DNA of 50,028 nucleotides from Chiloscyllium plagiosum (GCF_004010195.1 NC_057719.1:47176735-47226762), one strand, 5' to 3'; positions 35,761 through 49,805 are shown, counted from the stretch's first letter. A program made the numbers and translations. The notes: generated from the letters alone by a model not told the origin.

Positions 35761-36914
35761 TAAATTCTACTCTATGATCATCTCAGACAGTCTTTTGCAC
35801 AGTTTGATTGAACTGACTTCTACATTTTACACATCAGCAATTACCCTACCTCCACAACCCCAATGATGTAATCCTTATTCACTTCTCCATTTCTCCATCC
35901 TGTAACCTGTCCACTCCTGGCAAATCCTGCAGGCTTAATTAATCAGCACTCAGTTAGGAGCCTTGGAAAGTGATGTGGAGATAGGGAAGCACCTTGGGGT
36001 GATGTAATACCTGTATAGGACTGGCTGATCACAGTTCGGAGATTATCGCTCAAGTAGCTCATAGGTCAAGGAGCGCTAAGGCTTTTGAGAGTGGGGATAT
36101 AGACTGGAATTGGGGACAGGTGGATAGGGATAGCAAACAGATCAGGATGGTAGAGGTTTGGAATTTGATAGGCAGTCTAGGGATTGAGAACAACTAGGAG
36201 GGAAATGAAGTGACAATTGGAAATTAGTGTGGGATAGGTGGGTCTTATAGGATAGATATGGTTCACACAAAGAGCTGGGAAATCCAGGCTTGGATCAGAG
36301 AAGACATGGCTGAAGATGCCAGGTATGAAAAGGATTGGGACTGATTAGGAGGAAAATTGATTTGGGTAAGCATATCTCTCGCAGCAGAAACAAAAATGAT
36401 TGGAACAGCACTGAGGTGATCAGTGAACGAGAGTGACACTTGTGGACTGTACTGTGGGGGGAACAGTATTGCAGCTGATGGGAAAATGGAAAATAAGGGT
36501 CTGAGACTAAGGATTCCACTCCAATACTTGGAGGAAACATGAAAGGGCTGAATATGGCCAACAAGGACTCATAACTCTCCCTGGGATTTGTGAGGCGCTC
36601 TCCTACTTTTGCAGCCAAACAAACCAAATTCAAAGAAAGCTTTCTCTACCACTTCTGTTTAGCTCTTTGTAAACTGAAAAAAACTAGTTGGAACTTGAAT
36701 AGATGCAATTAGCTTTATATTTACTTTGCAGCAGTGTCATAACCAGGCACAATAACCTTCTTTTTACTTTGTAGATCCAAAACTGATTTCAACCAGTAAA
36801 TAAACAAAATATGTCAATGACTATGCCACTGATTCACCTTCAGTGCAAATGTTATTGTTATCTACCCCAAAGTGTCCAAATCAGAAAAAAAAATCTCTCC
36901 TCTGGTAGGTGCCA

Positions 36915-38860
36915 TGGCTTGTTGAAAGTTATGGCTGTCAGATGTAAATCATTTCAGTGCCAGGACTTCTGCAAGAGTTCCTCAGTGTAGTGTCCTAAAC
37001 CCAACTACCTTCAGCTATTTCATTCATGAGTACCCTTGACTGACTGTGGCAGCAAAGAGCCCTAGCAATACTGGCGTTAATGGAAATCAGGGGGACACCT
37101 CTCTGCTGGTTGGAACCATACCTGGCACAAAGGGAGGTGATTGTGGCTGCTGGAAATCAGTCATCTCAGCTCCAGCATATCTCTGCAGGAAGTCCTCAAG
37201 GTAGTGTCCTAGAGCCCAACCATCCTCAGCTGCTTCATCAATGATCTTCCCTCCATCATAAAGTCACAAGTGGGGAGGTTCACCAATGATTGCACAATGT
37301 TCAGCACCATTCGTGATTCCTTCAATACTGAAGCAGGACATGTCCAAATGCAACAAGCTCTGGACAATATCCAGGATTGGGCTGACAAGTGATAAGTAAC
37401 AGTTATGTCACACAAGTGCCAGGCATGACCATCTCCAGCGATAGAGGATCTAACCATCAATTCTTGGCATTCCATGGTTGAATTCTATCACTGAATTCCC
37501 CACTATCAATATCCTGGGGGATGCCATTGTCCAGACACAGAATTGGACTAGTTATATAGTACATTGGCTAAAAGAGCAGGTCAGAAGCTTGGAATACTGC
37601 AATGAGTAATTCACTTCCTGAGTCCCTAAAACCTGTCCACCTTTGGAAGCTAAGTCAGGAGTGTGAGGAATACATCCCAATTGCTTGGATGTGTACAGCT
37701 TCAAAAGTATCTACAAATCTCAACACTATCCAAAAAAATCCAATCTACTTTATTGGCATCTCATCCATAAAATTCACTCCCAACTCCACCAACACTCAGT
37801 AGCAGATGATATGCATTACCTTCAAGGTACACTGCAGAAATTCACCAAGGCTCCTTAGAGAACACTTTCCAAACACATGACCACTTCCATCTAGAAGGAC
37901 AAGGGTGGCAGATACATAGGATCACCACCATCTGCAAGTTCCTCTTCAAGCCACTCAACATCACCACTTGGAAATATGCCACCTTTTCTTCAGTTACTCC
38001 TGGTTCAAAATCCCAGAACTCACTCCTTAACAGCATTGTGGCTGAACCTATTGCACATAGACTGCAGTGATGCAAGATGTCAGCTCACCACCATCTTCTC
38101 CAGGGCAACCACAGACAGGTAATAATTATGGGCTCAGCCAGTAATGTCTACATTCCATGAATGAATAAGAAACACCTTCCCTCCATCATAAGGTCAGACG
38201 TGGGGATATTCTCTGATGACTGCACAATTTTCAGTACTATTCGCAACTATTCAGAAGCAATTGCTAATACATTGGATCACCTGGGTACTATGCAAGCTTG
38301 ATCTAAGAAATGGCAAGTAACATTCATGTCACACAAATGCCAGATCATGACCATTCTGAAACAAAACAGAACCTGACAAGCTCCCTTTGAAATTCAGTGC
38401 CATTATTGTTGCTGAATCCCCCCAGTATCAACACCTCAGAGGTTTCCATTGACCAGCAATGGCAAGATCACCCCTATAAATATTGCAGCTACAAAAGCAG
38501 ATGAGAGGCAAGAAATCCTGTAGTGAGTACCTCACTTCATGTTTCCTGACTGCCCACCCATCTTCTACAAGATACAAGTCAGAAGCAGGATGGAATATTG
38601 TCCACTTGTCTGGTTGGCTGCAGCTCCAACATTTAAGAAATTCAGTATGATCCAGGACAAGCAGCCTGTATGGATGGCACCCTGTCCACCCCCTTCAAAA
38701 CTCAGTCCCTTCACTGCTGTTGTACAATGGCAGTAGTGAGTAAACCCATTTACATGACATACTGCAGCAATTCATCAAGGTTCCTTTGATAGCACCTTCA
38801 AGTCCTAAGAACTCTACTTTCTAAAGGGACAAGGGCAGCAGATGAATGTGAGCAATAACA
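36915..38860 (+). mobile_element. CR1/L2-group LINE (family 2) RT/3' fragments, one copy nested in another
   Basis: RT motifs PQGSVL.PT..SCFINDLPSII...G.F..DC at ~37195-37295; outer copy 36915-37029 resumes at ~38175; inner copy ~37030-38172 ends in TGAATGAATAAG tail. Confidence 0.8.
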
Positions 38861-39141
38861 TATCTTCACCCTCCTCTGAGTCATTCCCCATCAAATTATC
38901 TCACCATTCTGAGCTGGAAGAATCCTATGCTTCTATGAATGCAGCAGTTTAGTATATATTAGCATATATGAAGTAAACTTAATTCCCCCACGCAATACAG
39001 TCTAACACTGCAGAGCTAGAAAATTCTTCAGTTAAGGTGCAAATTTAATACATTCACAAGCACAAGACTGAATCCCCTTAATTGTGAGCACCTTTTGACT
39101 CTGCTAAATGTAATATTGCAACTGGCGTTAATTTATAAACC

Positions 39142-39473
39142 AACATTGGGGAGACTGGGCGCCTCCTAGCAGAGCGCTTTAGGGAACATCTCCGAGACAC
39201 CCGCATTGATTTGTCCAGACTTGTCCGACCTGCCTAGCTCCTTTTCCACCTATCCACTCCACCCTCTCCTCCCTGACCTATCACCTTCATCTCCTCCCCC
39301 ACTATTGTACTCTATGCTACTTTCTCCCCACCCCCACCCTCCTCGAGCTTATCTCTCCAAGTTTCAGGCTCTCTTCCTTTATTCCTGATGAAGGGCTTTT
39401 GCCCGAAACGTCGATTTTGCTGCTCGTCGGATGCTGCCTGAACTGCTGTGCTCTTCCAGCACCATTGATCCAG
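39142..39473 (+). mobile_element. Internally deleted Penelope-like element 3' end
   Basis: 39145-39204 encodes IGETGRLLAERFREHLRDTR (GIY-YIG YIG..R...R..EH region), joined to a pyrimidine-rich UTR and family-A terminal repeat. Confidence 0.85.
39381..39416 (+). ncRNA. Minimal type-I hammerhead ribozyme motif
   Basis: ATTC-CTGATGA-A-GGGC-TTTT-GCCC-GAAA-CG-TC-GATT; core intact, helix I has one mismatch. Confidence 0.7.
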
Positions 39474-39639
39474 GAACTTATCCACTACCCACTCATCAGT
39501 ATTTGCAGCCTTTGGCAAAGAGAAAAAAACAAACAAAATATACGCATGAAAAATTGATTTTGGTTTTTGTTACTTTCTCTTACATTTAACAGTTCAATTG
39601 TAATAGTGTCTGAAGTAAATACTGAAAATGTGGCTTATC

Positions 39640-39998
39640 CTGTATAGAATGAGCTGCCAGATGGTGTGGTGGAGGCTGGTACAATTGCAACATTTAAGAG
39701 GCATTTGGATGGGTATATGAATAGGAAGGATTTGGAGGGATATGGGCCGGGTGTTGGCAGGTGGGACTTGATTAGGTTCGGATATCTGGTCGGCATGGAC
39801 AGGTTGGACCTTCCTGGTGAAGGGCTTTTGCCCGTAATGTCGATTTTTCTGCTCCTCAGATGCTGCCTGACCTGCTGTGCTTTTCCAGCACCACTCTGAT
39901 GTAAACTCTAGTTTCCAGCATCTGCAGCCCTCACTTTTGCCAGGTTGGACCGGAGGGTCTGTTTCCATGCTGTACATCTCTTTGACTCTATGACTCTA
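39640..39998 (+). mobile_element. CR1 LINE 3' end interrupted by a PLE
   Basis: VVEAGTIATFKRHLDGYMNRKDLEGYGP; (TGACTCTA)n tail. Confidence 0.9.
39811..39940 (+). mobile_element. PLE terminal-repeat solo insertion (family A), decayed hammerhead
   Basis: Perfect 11-bp TSD CAGGTTGGACC at 39800-39810 and 39941-39951. Confidence 0.9.
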
Positions 39999-42900
39999 TG
40001 ATATCGATAACCATTGGGAATCTGTCTCTGATCTATCTGCTAGCACTCATTTGTCAGGTCTGTATTTTTAATTTTGCAGTTAGATTATCATTGCTGAGCA
40101 CTACAAAATGTATTCCATCTTTCTTACCTACCCTTGGTAAGTTCATTCATTTTACTTACAAAATTAATTTTGTCTGTTTCCAGAGTGACAGGTAAAAGAG
40201 AGAAACATTGTTGTTGAAGCACATGCAAAATCCCAGTAGTCCTGTGGGATGCTTGCACAATTTCTGAACTTGCCTTCATGTCCCCATGGTCAAAGTGGCA
40301 AGGTATCATATCACATTGATCATGTGCATGCACAACCAATGGCCACACCGTATCATTTGGGCAAGAGATGATGAATTAGCAACAATCCTCATCGTCGACA
40401 TCCCACAACATAGGGTGAGAGATAATCAAGTGATAGATTCATAAATTATTGGGTCAGATGCTTCCATCTGGCTCCCTATCAAATAGCGTGGGATATGTCA
40501 AATATAGTCAGTTATTCCCTTTATGCTTGATGCATTGCACAGCCAGTTACCTTGCAGATAACCTAAGAAAACATATCGGGCAAGTTCCACAGATTTGATT
40601 ATTTAAAATGCCATGTGATTGCTTGAAGTCTATGAAGTCACTTGTCTAATTTAATTGCTTTATTGTCACAGAACTGTCATTGCTAACACTTAGTTCTCCT
40701 CACCAGACACTATTTCTTGTTCCCAATCATTTTTTTCAATCTGTATCTGTTTTACAGTCAATATATATGCTCACGATTGTCATTGCTGCATCATAGCATA
40801 TGACCCCAACGGTATAAAGATCTTACACTTCATCGTAAATTGGATCACAATAGTCGAACAATATATGGCACATACTATCACGTCAATGATCATTAAGTAG
40901 TGAATAACAAAATAAGATTTTCACATTGCTGCATTTTTGTTCAGCACCAATGGAGAAGGGATTATAATCCCCAGCACAACATATACTCAGAAGGCGAGTG
41001 TGAACAAGCCTGCGCAGCAACCAATTGTCCAACAATTCTGAGACATAGGACAGTCTTCTTAAAAAGGCAGAGGAGAATGAAATAGATACAGGTTGAGTAA
41101 CCAGGTAGAGATCCCCTGCTGGCTGGGCAGACAATGTGAGTTAGAAATGTCAATACTTAGATACAAACAAAGGATTCTTAAGTATGCAACCAACCTAGAA
41201 ATTCCAAAGTCATTCCTGACCATGGTGCTACATTGCCAAGGAACAGAAACCAACACAACCTGTCATGCATGATTAGAGTAAGGTAATATATTTAAACAAT
41301 GACAATTATGCAGTGTTGTTGAGTGACAGAAACCAGCAATAAGACAACTGAGTTTGCAAATAAATACTACAAAAAAAAGTGTACCTCTCCAGTTAGTAAT
41401 ACAATAAACAGATCAGGATGCGTTATCAAACCTCCAAAGCATTACACTAAAGTTTGAAATGTTAATCTTGTAAAATCTATTTACCTGTTCGTTTTATTAT
41501 CAAGTGACTGCAAGTGCCTATGTATAACCACTGAAATTAGTTTGGAAAAGCTTTTTTTTAATCTTTGGAACAGGGGGTGATGTTGTGTTATGTCTTACAT
41601 CAGTTATCACTATACCATTGAGAGACATGCTCATGACATCATCACTGTATCGTAGCATTTGATCCAAGAGTATAAGCGCCTCACAGTCCTTCTTACCAAG
41701 GATCACTTGAAGCATGACAGTCTACTGGAAACATGCTCCTCTGTTATATAAACTATTAATTTAATATTAGTCCAGATATTACGTGCCTGAAGAATGTCAT
41801 TTTTGTATGTAATAGTTTCTTGTAAAAACTGTCTGTTGGATTCTTCAATGCTGTGAGATTTAAGTCCAGTTTTTTTTGTGTGTAACCTAATGTAAGCATT
41901 ATCACATTAGGCAAAACCACTCTCTTGGAAGCAAGCTCACAAGGAAGATGTTGGGGTCCATGAATCAGTTTGTATTGTATATTTCTCATTATTCTGTTTT
42001 ATTTAAAATATACAGTTATTCAGAAGCTAATCTCCATTTAATAGAAATAGAATAAGATTTTAAAGAGAGGAGAATTGTTTGGTGGCATGTGATACCCTCC
42101 AGTTGGAATAGACGATATAGATTTTTTGTAATAATCTTCAATTCTCACCACCGTCTATCCAGCGATTGGATAGGTTAATCAATGCTGTGGACAACAGTGA
42201 GGATGCTAGTTTATTTAAGGGAATTAGCTTGTGATGCTGAACTGGATAAAGCAGCTAGTGTTGTGAAATCATGATCATGTTTCTCTTTGAAAGCACTGGA
42301 ATATGGCACAAGACGGTGGCAGCTGTACTCTGAGCTTAAATTTTTGTTTTAGAAATGAAATCTACAATTATTCTTAAACATCTTGTCACTACAAAGAGAG
42401 AATGTTGGACAAGCATTATCCACCCAAATGCTCTACAATCACTTAATGAGTGCTAGAGGGAACTAAAGTGGTAATCTGTCCTTTAACTAAAACTCCAAGG
42501 TGCCCTTCTAGGCCCACACTTCAATTCCTTTACCAAGATAGTATCTTGCACTAAGTACAGGAAAAACTGCAATTTCAGCTCAAGAATCGTTTAAGACACC
42601 TTAGTGTGTTTTTTGCATTTGAACATGCAGCCAAAAATTGACCTGATTCTGAGCACCTTTGTACTTTCAAGAGTCACATTGTTTGTCCTATATTGTATAG
42701 TTTGATGAAGAAGCAACATTAATTTCAATTGCATACTGAATTGTGGAATTTTCGATGCAGAAAACAGTGGAAACCAAGATCAAAGAGGTTAAAAAGTTCA
42801 AGTGGAACCACTCACAACCAGCCCAAGGATTGTGTATTGGAGAAGTGTTGATCAGACATTCTGGCATCTTGATTGCCTGAGTATGTGCACCAGTGAAGGG

Positions 42901-43457
42901 TGGCGGTGTGATCCATTGGACTATTTGAACCAAGCTCATGACACCAATGGTCAAAGGCCGAATTACATTCTGGAACATCAGGTGCAAGGGTGGATGGAGA
43001 GCCAGCCCGATGTCGGAAAGGAAAGAGATTCAAATGGCCCAGCTCAAACACACACACATCGTTGCAGTTAATATCCTTTCTCAGATGGATAGAGCTACAC
43101 AGAGAATTAATATTGTGAGAATTTGTGAAGTGGTCATATAATATTTCAATGAGGAATATTTTGTTGATAAAGTTGAGTTGAGCTGCAAACCAAATTCTGT
43201 GCCTCGTTGTCAAATTTTAAATGTTTTAATCAAGTTGGCTCATTTGCTTCTAAACTCCTAGCCTGCCCAACCTTTCCTCATAAGACAACCTTCACCCATT
43301 TCCAGGTGTTAGTCTGATAAACCTTTTCTGAACTGCTTGCAAAACATTTTTAGCTTTCATTGTGAAAGTGCAAACTCCACACAGACAATGATCTCACTAG
43401 TCACTACTTTTAAGATCCTGGGATGGAGTTAGTCAGGCCATAAGCATGTCAGCCCAC

Positions 43458-43730
43458 ATGTATGTGTGTATGTACACCTGTGTTTCTGTATGTGTCTGTA
43501 TTGATACATATATTTCCACACGTGTTTGTGTGTGTGTATATCTGTTTCTGCAATTGGGTGCATGGGTATGTACATATGTCTATGTTTCTGCTTAAGCGTA
43601 TGTATATATAATTGTGTTTCTAAACACGTGTGCTTCTGTATATATATGCACCTGTGTTCCTATGAGTGTGTGTACCTGTGTCACTATTCCTTAGTGTTGC
43701 TGTGGTTGTGTGCATGCACATAAATGTATG
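43458..43730. repeat. Degenerate (TG/TA)n low-complexity tract
   Basis: Alternating purine-pyrimidine TGTGTGTATG-like sequence. Confidence 0.8.
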
Positions 43731-44714
43731 CATTTGAAAACATTAGGTTAGGACATGTGAATATGTCTATGATGGTTTAATAATCTGCTAACAATTGCAC
43801 CCAAAGACTGATCTTTCAGTGATGTACTACAAGCAAGAATCCATTCCTTCAGAGCAGAAAGAGAAATAGTCAGAAGCTTTTAAGAAAAAGATTACTTTAG
43901 GGGAATTAAAATGAAAATAATCTCAGTTCAAATATGCACTTATGGCCTTCTAATGAGAATTCTTTTCCATAATCACTCCCTTTCACCCATTATGTTTCAA
44001 ATCACCACATGGATCTATCCATTTCCTTTATGTTAATTGTTAAGGGTCTGATGAGAAGAAGGTCACTTCAGTGGTGCTTACTTTACAAGACCATCAAGTT
44101 ATTGTGTGAGAATAAATTTAAAAGATGCAAACTGATTGGTGTAATTGTCTCAATTATGTAATGAGGTAAATCTCTGATGGCTTGAGCTTCAACTAGCTTA
44201 AAACTGAGGTTTCTTGTAGTATGTCATGCTATCCACTGATCTTAAATATTTATTTGAACGTTCATGTTACTTATCCTGCACAACCAAGTGATTGAACTCA
44301 CATTTTAAAAGTGCCTGTTGATTTCCTGCACTCTGGTGTTTGCCAGAATTAAAGTATGATGTCTCCATCTTGTGGTACAACTCCAGTAGTGTAAAGCTGC
44401 AAATCTGGAAGAAGCATAAAAGAAAATTCTGTCAAAAGTTACCAGTCATAAGATAAGAACATTTCTGTGGCATAGTTTTCGATAAATGTGGTAAAACTGT
44501 TTTAAAATAGCTTCAACTAGATGTATTTCTAAGGAAATATCAATGCATTATCAGCTGTTATGATGAATGCATGTATCAGAACAATTTTATTAACTTAAGA
44601 TGTCTGCTTTGACTCAGCAGTAATATTCTCACCCCTGAGTCTAAGGTCATAGTTTGCCAGGAAGGTCAGGGACAGAAGTGGTCTAGAACAGATTACACTG
44701 TCTCAGAGAATATG

Positions 44715-44960
44715 AGAAAGGCAATGCAGCACTGAGATGAGGAGGAATTTCTTTACTCAGAGGATGGTGAATCTTTGGAATTCTCTGCCCCAGAGGGATA
44801 TGGAGGGCCCATCATTGAACATGTTGAAGATTGAGGTTGCTAGGTTTCTACATATTTAAAACATCAAGGGATACAGGAATTGAACACAACATTGGGATTT
44901 TGAAATAGAGAATTATCCATGATCTTATTGCATGCTGCAATAGGAATTTTACTGTTCTAA
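44715..44960 (+). mobile_element. Old CR1 LINE 3' end
   Basis: GAGATGAGGAGGAATTTCTTTACTCAGAGGATGGTGAATCTTTGGAATTCTCTGCCC (EMRRNFFTQRMVNLWNSLP). Confidence 0.75.
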
Positions 44961-45189
44961 TTCTAATCTGTGCCAGCAATGAAACCTCAATCCATCTCAC
45001 TCAAACCACTGCCATTTTCTCCAGGCAGTTGTATTCTTCTTTCTAATGTATTTAACAAAAACGTTTGTCTTAGGTAGAGTTTACTTTTTGCCTTCTTTCA
45101 AAACATACATATAAACATATGTTTGCAGGTGGAGCAATTTAATTTAAATATTAACATGCATATATTGATGGACAGTAGTGGAGATTAAC

Positions 45190-45830
45190 ATGTGCTTAAT
45201 GAAAGTTGGGAATATAATGAAGGTCCATTAGTGGTGCAAAACCATTTGGGAAATTTATACATGAAGAATGCAGCTCCCCAACTTTATGCTTCAAAATCTG
45301 TGAAACTATCAAAGGTCCAAATAAAGCTCAATGCAAGCTTGAGAAACAACACCTCACCCATCTAATTGGTGCTCAATAGGCTTCTGATTTCAACACCTCT
45401 TGATTGTAGTTACCACCTCCATTTACCCTCGGGTATTGGCACTATCAATGGACAGTGGTTGTACCAGAGTCTCTAGGAATAGAGGAGATTTGAGCTGGAT
45501 ATGTGGCTTTTGGGACATGATTTACAACATCATGGCCCACTCATCTTTCTGTGCCACATTCCTGCCCTATTTCCCAACCCCACGGAAGCCGTATCCTATT
45601 CATCATGCTTCCCCCTCTGGAACCATTCCTTTATGTTTTTATTTGTACCATGACTACCCACTTGTGTCCTTCAGTCTCTCTTTCCCTCCATCCTATCACA
45701 GATTTAATTCTGTTGTCTTCCTTTCCTTTGATGCTGCATTTTTAAAAAAGCTGTTCACTTCTAACATTTTTGACTGGTGACATGACGCCATGGATCTGAA
45801 ACTTTGGGCCACAATTTTTCTTTCAGCATC
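45190..45830 (+). mobile_element. Ancient Penelope-like 3' remnant
   Basis: ~45325-45395 AQCKLEKQHLTHLIG resembles the PLE C-terminus seen at ~27030 (KLEEHLILCL); followed by a pyrimidine-rich stretch. Confidence 0.4.
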
Positions 45831-47004
45831 TAACAGTAGCTGCCATTAGTCAGATTTGCCTTAACATATTAAAGGTTTTTTTTTTAGGCATGGCAAGCTG
45901 TTAGAAATGCAAGGTGATAGTAGCACAGCAAGGCATCCTAAGTGGACAGGTATTATGGCCAATGCTTGGATGAGGATTCCCAATTTAATCTGGTTCCAGA
46001 TTGAAAATCCAAAATTGTTAAATTCCAGGATGAGAAGGATGAACTCTCTCCCCTTTTTATTCACCCATCTCCTTGGTTGGATGCAACAAAGTTAATTTAA
46101 AAAGGATTCCTCCCCATGGATGCTTTTCTCCCAAACTAAATTAATTTGCATTTTAAAAGGAGCCAATTTAACCAGGCTTTCTTGAGTTAACTAAAAAGAC
46201 AATTTATTCATTATTAAATATGAGAAGACTGACACTGCACCCATAACTAAAGATTAGAGGTGAATCCAAAAGAAGGCGATAAGATTTGAAAAGTCTGAGT
46301 TCCATGAACAGTCAGACAGAGAGACATCACAGCCATTATATTGGTGACACTGGTAGCACTGATGTTGGTTGGCAAGTTGTTAATTTCAAAATGCTTCACT
46401 TTGCAGGTCAGCTGAAAATCTTTGGTCATGTTTCCTTTTGACTTCAGTATTACCTGTTTTCTGACTTTCAGTAAAGCTAACGTCTTCTTTTCTTTTTACC
46501 TGCATCACAGGGATGACTAGGGATTTTCTCACCTAGGACCCTCACAGTACACACATTCACCCACTAGCACACACCAACTAGGATAGAAAATGACTTTTAA
46601 CTCTTATTCTTGTATATTCTTGAAAAAAAAGGGGAAAAAAAGACATCCACAGTTTGAGACATAATCCAGAAGAGACTGCTTTCTTCAGGAATGTCAGCCC
46701 TTGTTATCTCTATAACCACAGGAGATCACATTGTAGTATGATTTTGTCTTACATCTCTCCTTTTTAAGGGTTTCTGTTTGATGTTCCCTTGACACCTTCA
46801 GGTGTGACATTCCAGGTTCTTCTCCAGATAGCCACTAAAGCCACAGTGATTTTTTTGGGAGTATTTTTTCAAAGACAGATGTTGTAATTAAAAACTCAGG
46901 TGTCCCTAAACACATTGGGATTCTGAGCAGTCATATGACACAGGACAAGCAATGATGTATCTCCTAGCCAATCAGATTGAAGGATTATGAACTTAATGTA
47001 CAAT

Positions 47005-47150
47005 GAAAATAAGAAATAAGAGCATCAGTGGGTCATTTAGCCCCATGTGCCTGCTTCACCATTTAATGGGGTCTGATAATGACTTCAACTCCACTTTCCT
47101 GTCTGCCTCCATAACCTTTGACTCCTTTGGTAGATCAAAATCTGCTTAAT
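47005..47150 (-). mobile_element. CR1-type LINE 3' tail fragment
   Basis: ATAAGAAATAAGAGCA..AGTGGGTCATTTAGCCCC...TCAACTCCACTTTCCTGTC. Confidence 0.55.
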
Positions 47151-47619
47151 ACAGTGATGGAGAAGTGCAAAGTACAGTTCAATTTAATTTAGTAGATGCG
47201 AGAGGGAAAGATGAGAAGCGATAAGACAGAACAAAACAAAATTTTACATTATAAAAACTGTCAACAGATTACACCTAAAGAAATGAAACTCCATTCTTGC
47301 AACAGTGCTAGAGTGACTAACTGGAGAAGGGCAGAAGAGGTGAGGACCAATAGTTCATCAAAGCTGTGTGGCTGTGCGTATGTACAACCCCTCCAAGGGT
47401 CTGGGCACGGCAATTAGCATGCCAACACCAATCGCAGCGCAGATGTCCAGTTCCAGGAATCAATGCCATGAATGGGCCTCAGAAGTCTGTGCAGCTGAGC
47501 AAATAACTAAGAAATAATGCAGTGAGCACAGGCAGGCAGCATCACTGAGAGGAATGGGCAAGATGTGGACCCTGTGACAAGGAGTATATTAGGATCATTT
47601 TCTGGCATGTATTTAATAT

Positions 47620-47760
47620 TCTTTTAACTAGAGAAAGTGAACGGAATGAGAGTCATTTTAGGGGAAGTCATGGCAAGGCAACTTGAGCCAGTGGAATGCT
47701 CCTCCTATACGAAGTCAGGAACACTTCCAGTGTCCATGTTGATCTTGCAATCTGTTAGCT
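47620..47760 (+). mobile_element. CR1 ORF1 N-terminal fragment
   Basis: MARQLEPVECSSY..EVR..SSV resembles the CR1 ORF1 zinc-finger start. Confidence 0.35.
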
Positions 47761-49805
47761 TATCTTTATAAAATCGACTGCACAGAAGCAGCCCATTGAG
47801 GCTGTGCAAGTAAAGGTTATCCATCTTGAGTAGGGATCACCAATGGACTAATTCAAGTGAATCCAATTATCCTGAAATTGATTAGGTAGGTCTTTAAAAG
47901 GGATCATTCAGCTTTATTAGTCTCTCCATATACAATTTCTCATATAAGTTAACCTGTTACAACTTATTTTGATCTTGCTTCAACTGAAAAAAAAACTTTC
48001 AACAAATTTTGTAGGTCCATTGCATACTTATCAAATTTCATTTCATTCTTAAGTTAAAATTTCCTGTTGTTCTGTTATGTCTGGTTTGAACACAACTGAC
48101 AGAATTGATTATTTTCAAATGAAAAGAGCTGTTTAAAATAAGTTGGCTCCCCAACTTAATTAAACACTGATGTTGAGTGAGGGGCTAACTGGCAATGGGA
48201 ATTGCATGATGAAGAAAATTTTATGTTAAACTTCTATTAATACTTTCAAGTTTTCAGCCAAGTGCTTGTTTATTTTCAGTAAAATTGGAAATATGGGTTT
48301 ACCTCTCTCTGCCATCTTTCAAACTTTAACAATAATGAATATTTTCTTCTTGAATCAGCATTTTCTGAAGTTAATTTCACAATTTGAAACTTCTCATTAG
48401 ATCAATAATTACTAATTTAAGTAAAATGATTAGGTCATATGCCTTTTTTAAAAGTAAAAGCAATCCAAAATACCAATGAATTCTACTAAATTGTGTTACT
48501 TTTATACAAGATAAAACAAGTGAATTTGACAAAATATTCACTAACTGACTTGCTGATCATCTCTAGATATAACTTATTGAAAGTCAAATTAGTAAGTTTT
48601 GTTCTTATTTGTCTAAAATTCGTTTATGAATAACTGAATAAATTTAAAAAGTCTGTTCAAATTCTAAATTATACTATCTATGTAAGGCTTGCATATATTT
48701 CTAACATTACTCAAAGCTCAAATAGACTATTTCTGCTGTGCAGTTTATTTGAATCAGAGTAAGAAACTCATCTGGAACAATTTAAGACATTCATTTTTGC
48801 CATGAATTTGCATTTTTAAATATATAATATCACAAATATTGCACGTAGGTTCAATTTAGATTATAATCAGCACTTACATTTGCAGTTTCTACAAGCTATA
48901 TTTTCTGGCCCAACTTTCAGGCAAAATGAACACTAATTATAGAACTCAAGCCAGGCAGATGTTAACTAAAGGGTAGATAATATTTCAGCCCAGCTGGGTA
49001 TTCTGTAGCAGGCACAAATGCTATTTTTGAAAAGGATCAAATCTAGTGAATTATCTGACAGAATGTACTTCAAGTCATCATCCATTGCTTTTGTAATTAC
49101 AGTTGCATTTTAAAGGTTACATCAATAACAAGAAAGAATGAGGTTTCAAAGGTCATAATCGTCTCTTTAAGGAATTTACTAACTCAGCATTTTTTCATGG
49201 AAGTAGATTCAGTCATTTACATATAACGAATTATGAAATACTGTGTTGTATTGCTGTTGAAAACTGGAGAAAACCTCAATTGATTCTAAACTTTTATATC
49301 TTATTCTTAATTTTAAAACACCTTCTGCAGTAGCTTTACTTAATTGATGTATTAATGGTGCGAATATTAAATAGTAAAGTCTATACTTTTGCAGAGCATA
49401 GTAACAGACAATCTAAAATAATTGCAAATACTAATGCACACATTAAATGAAGACTCATTGTTAATCCTAAGATATATGTTCTTTCCACTCTTCAAAATAT
49501 TATTTTTAAATTAAGAATAAATGTAAAATAACTGTTTTACACTGAAATAAAGTTACTTCATTCAAAGTATCAGCTCCTCAGATATGTTTACCCAAGCAGG
49601 ACATTTGTATTACAACTTGTCATTTGCTTTCAATTATATTCAAACTAATAATGCCTATAGAAGTATTGTGCCTATTCTGAAAGAGATACACAAAACGTAG
49701 TGTAGCTCAAATTGTTTTAGACTCACCCAATTGACAAACACAACTGTACCAAAGTTAAAAATCACACAATACCAGGTTATAGTCCAGCAGGTTTAATTGG
49801 AAGCA

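Noticed and set aside
42802..43071. HLDCL...EGWRC resembling a PHD finger
   Set aside because: Most of the required Cys ligands are missing and no convincing splice sites; likely chance or an unrecognisable fossil
46320..46415. Hydrophobic stretch ITAIILVTLVALMLVG resembling a transmembrane exon
   Set aside because: In-frame stop just upstream and no good acceptor
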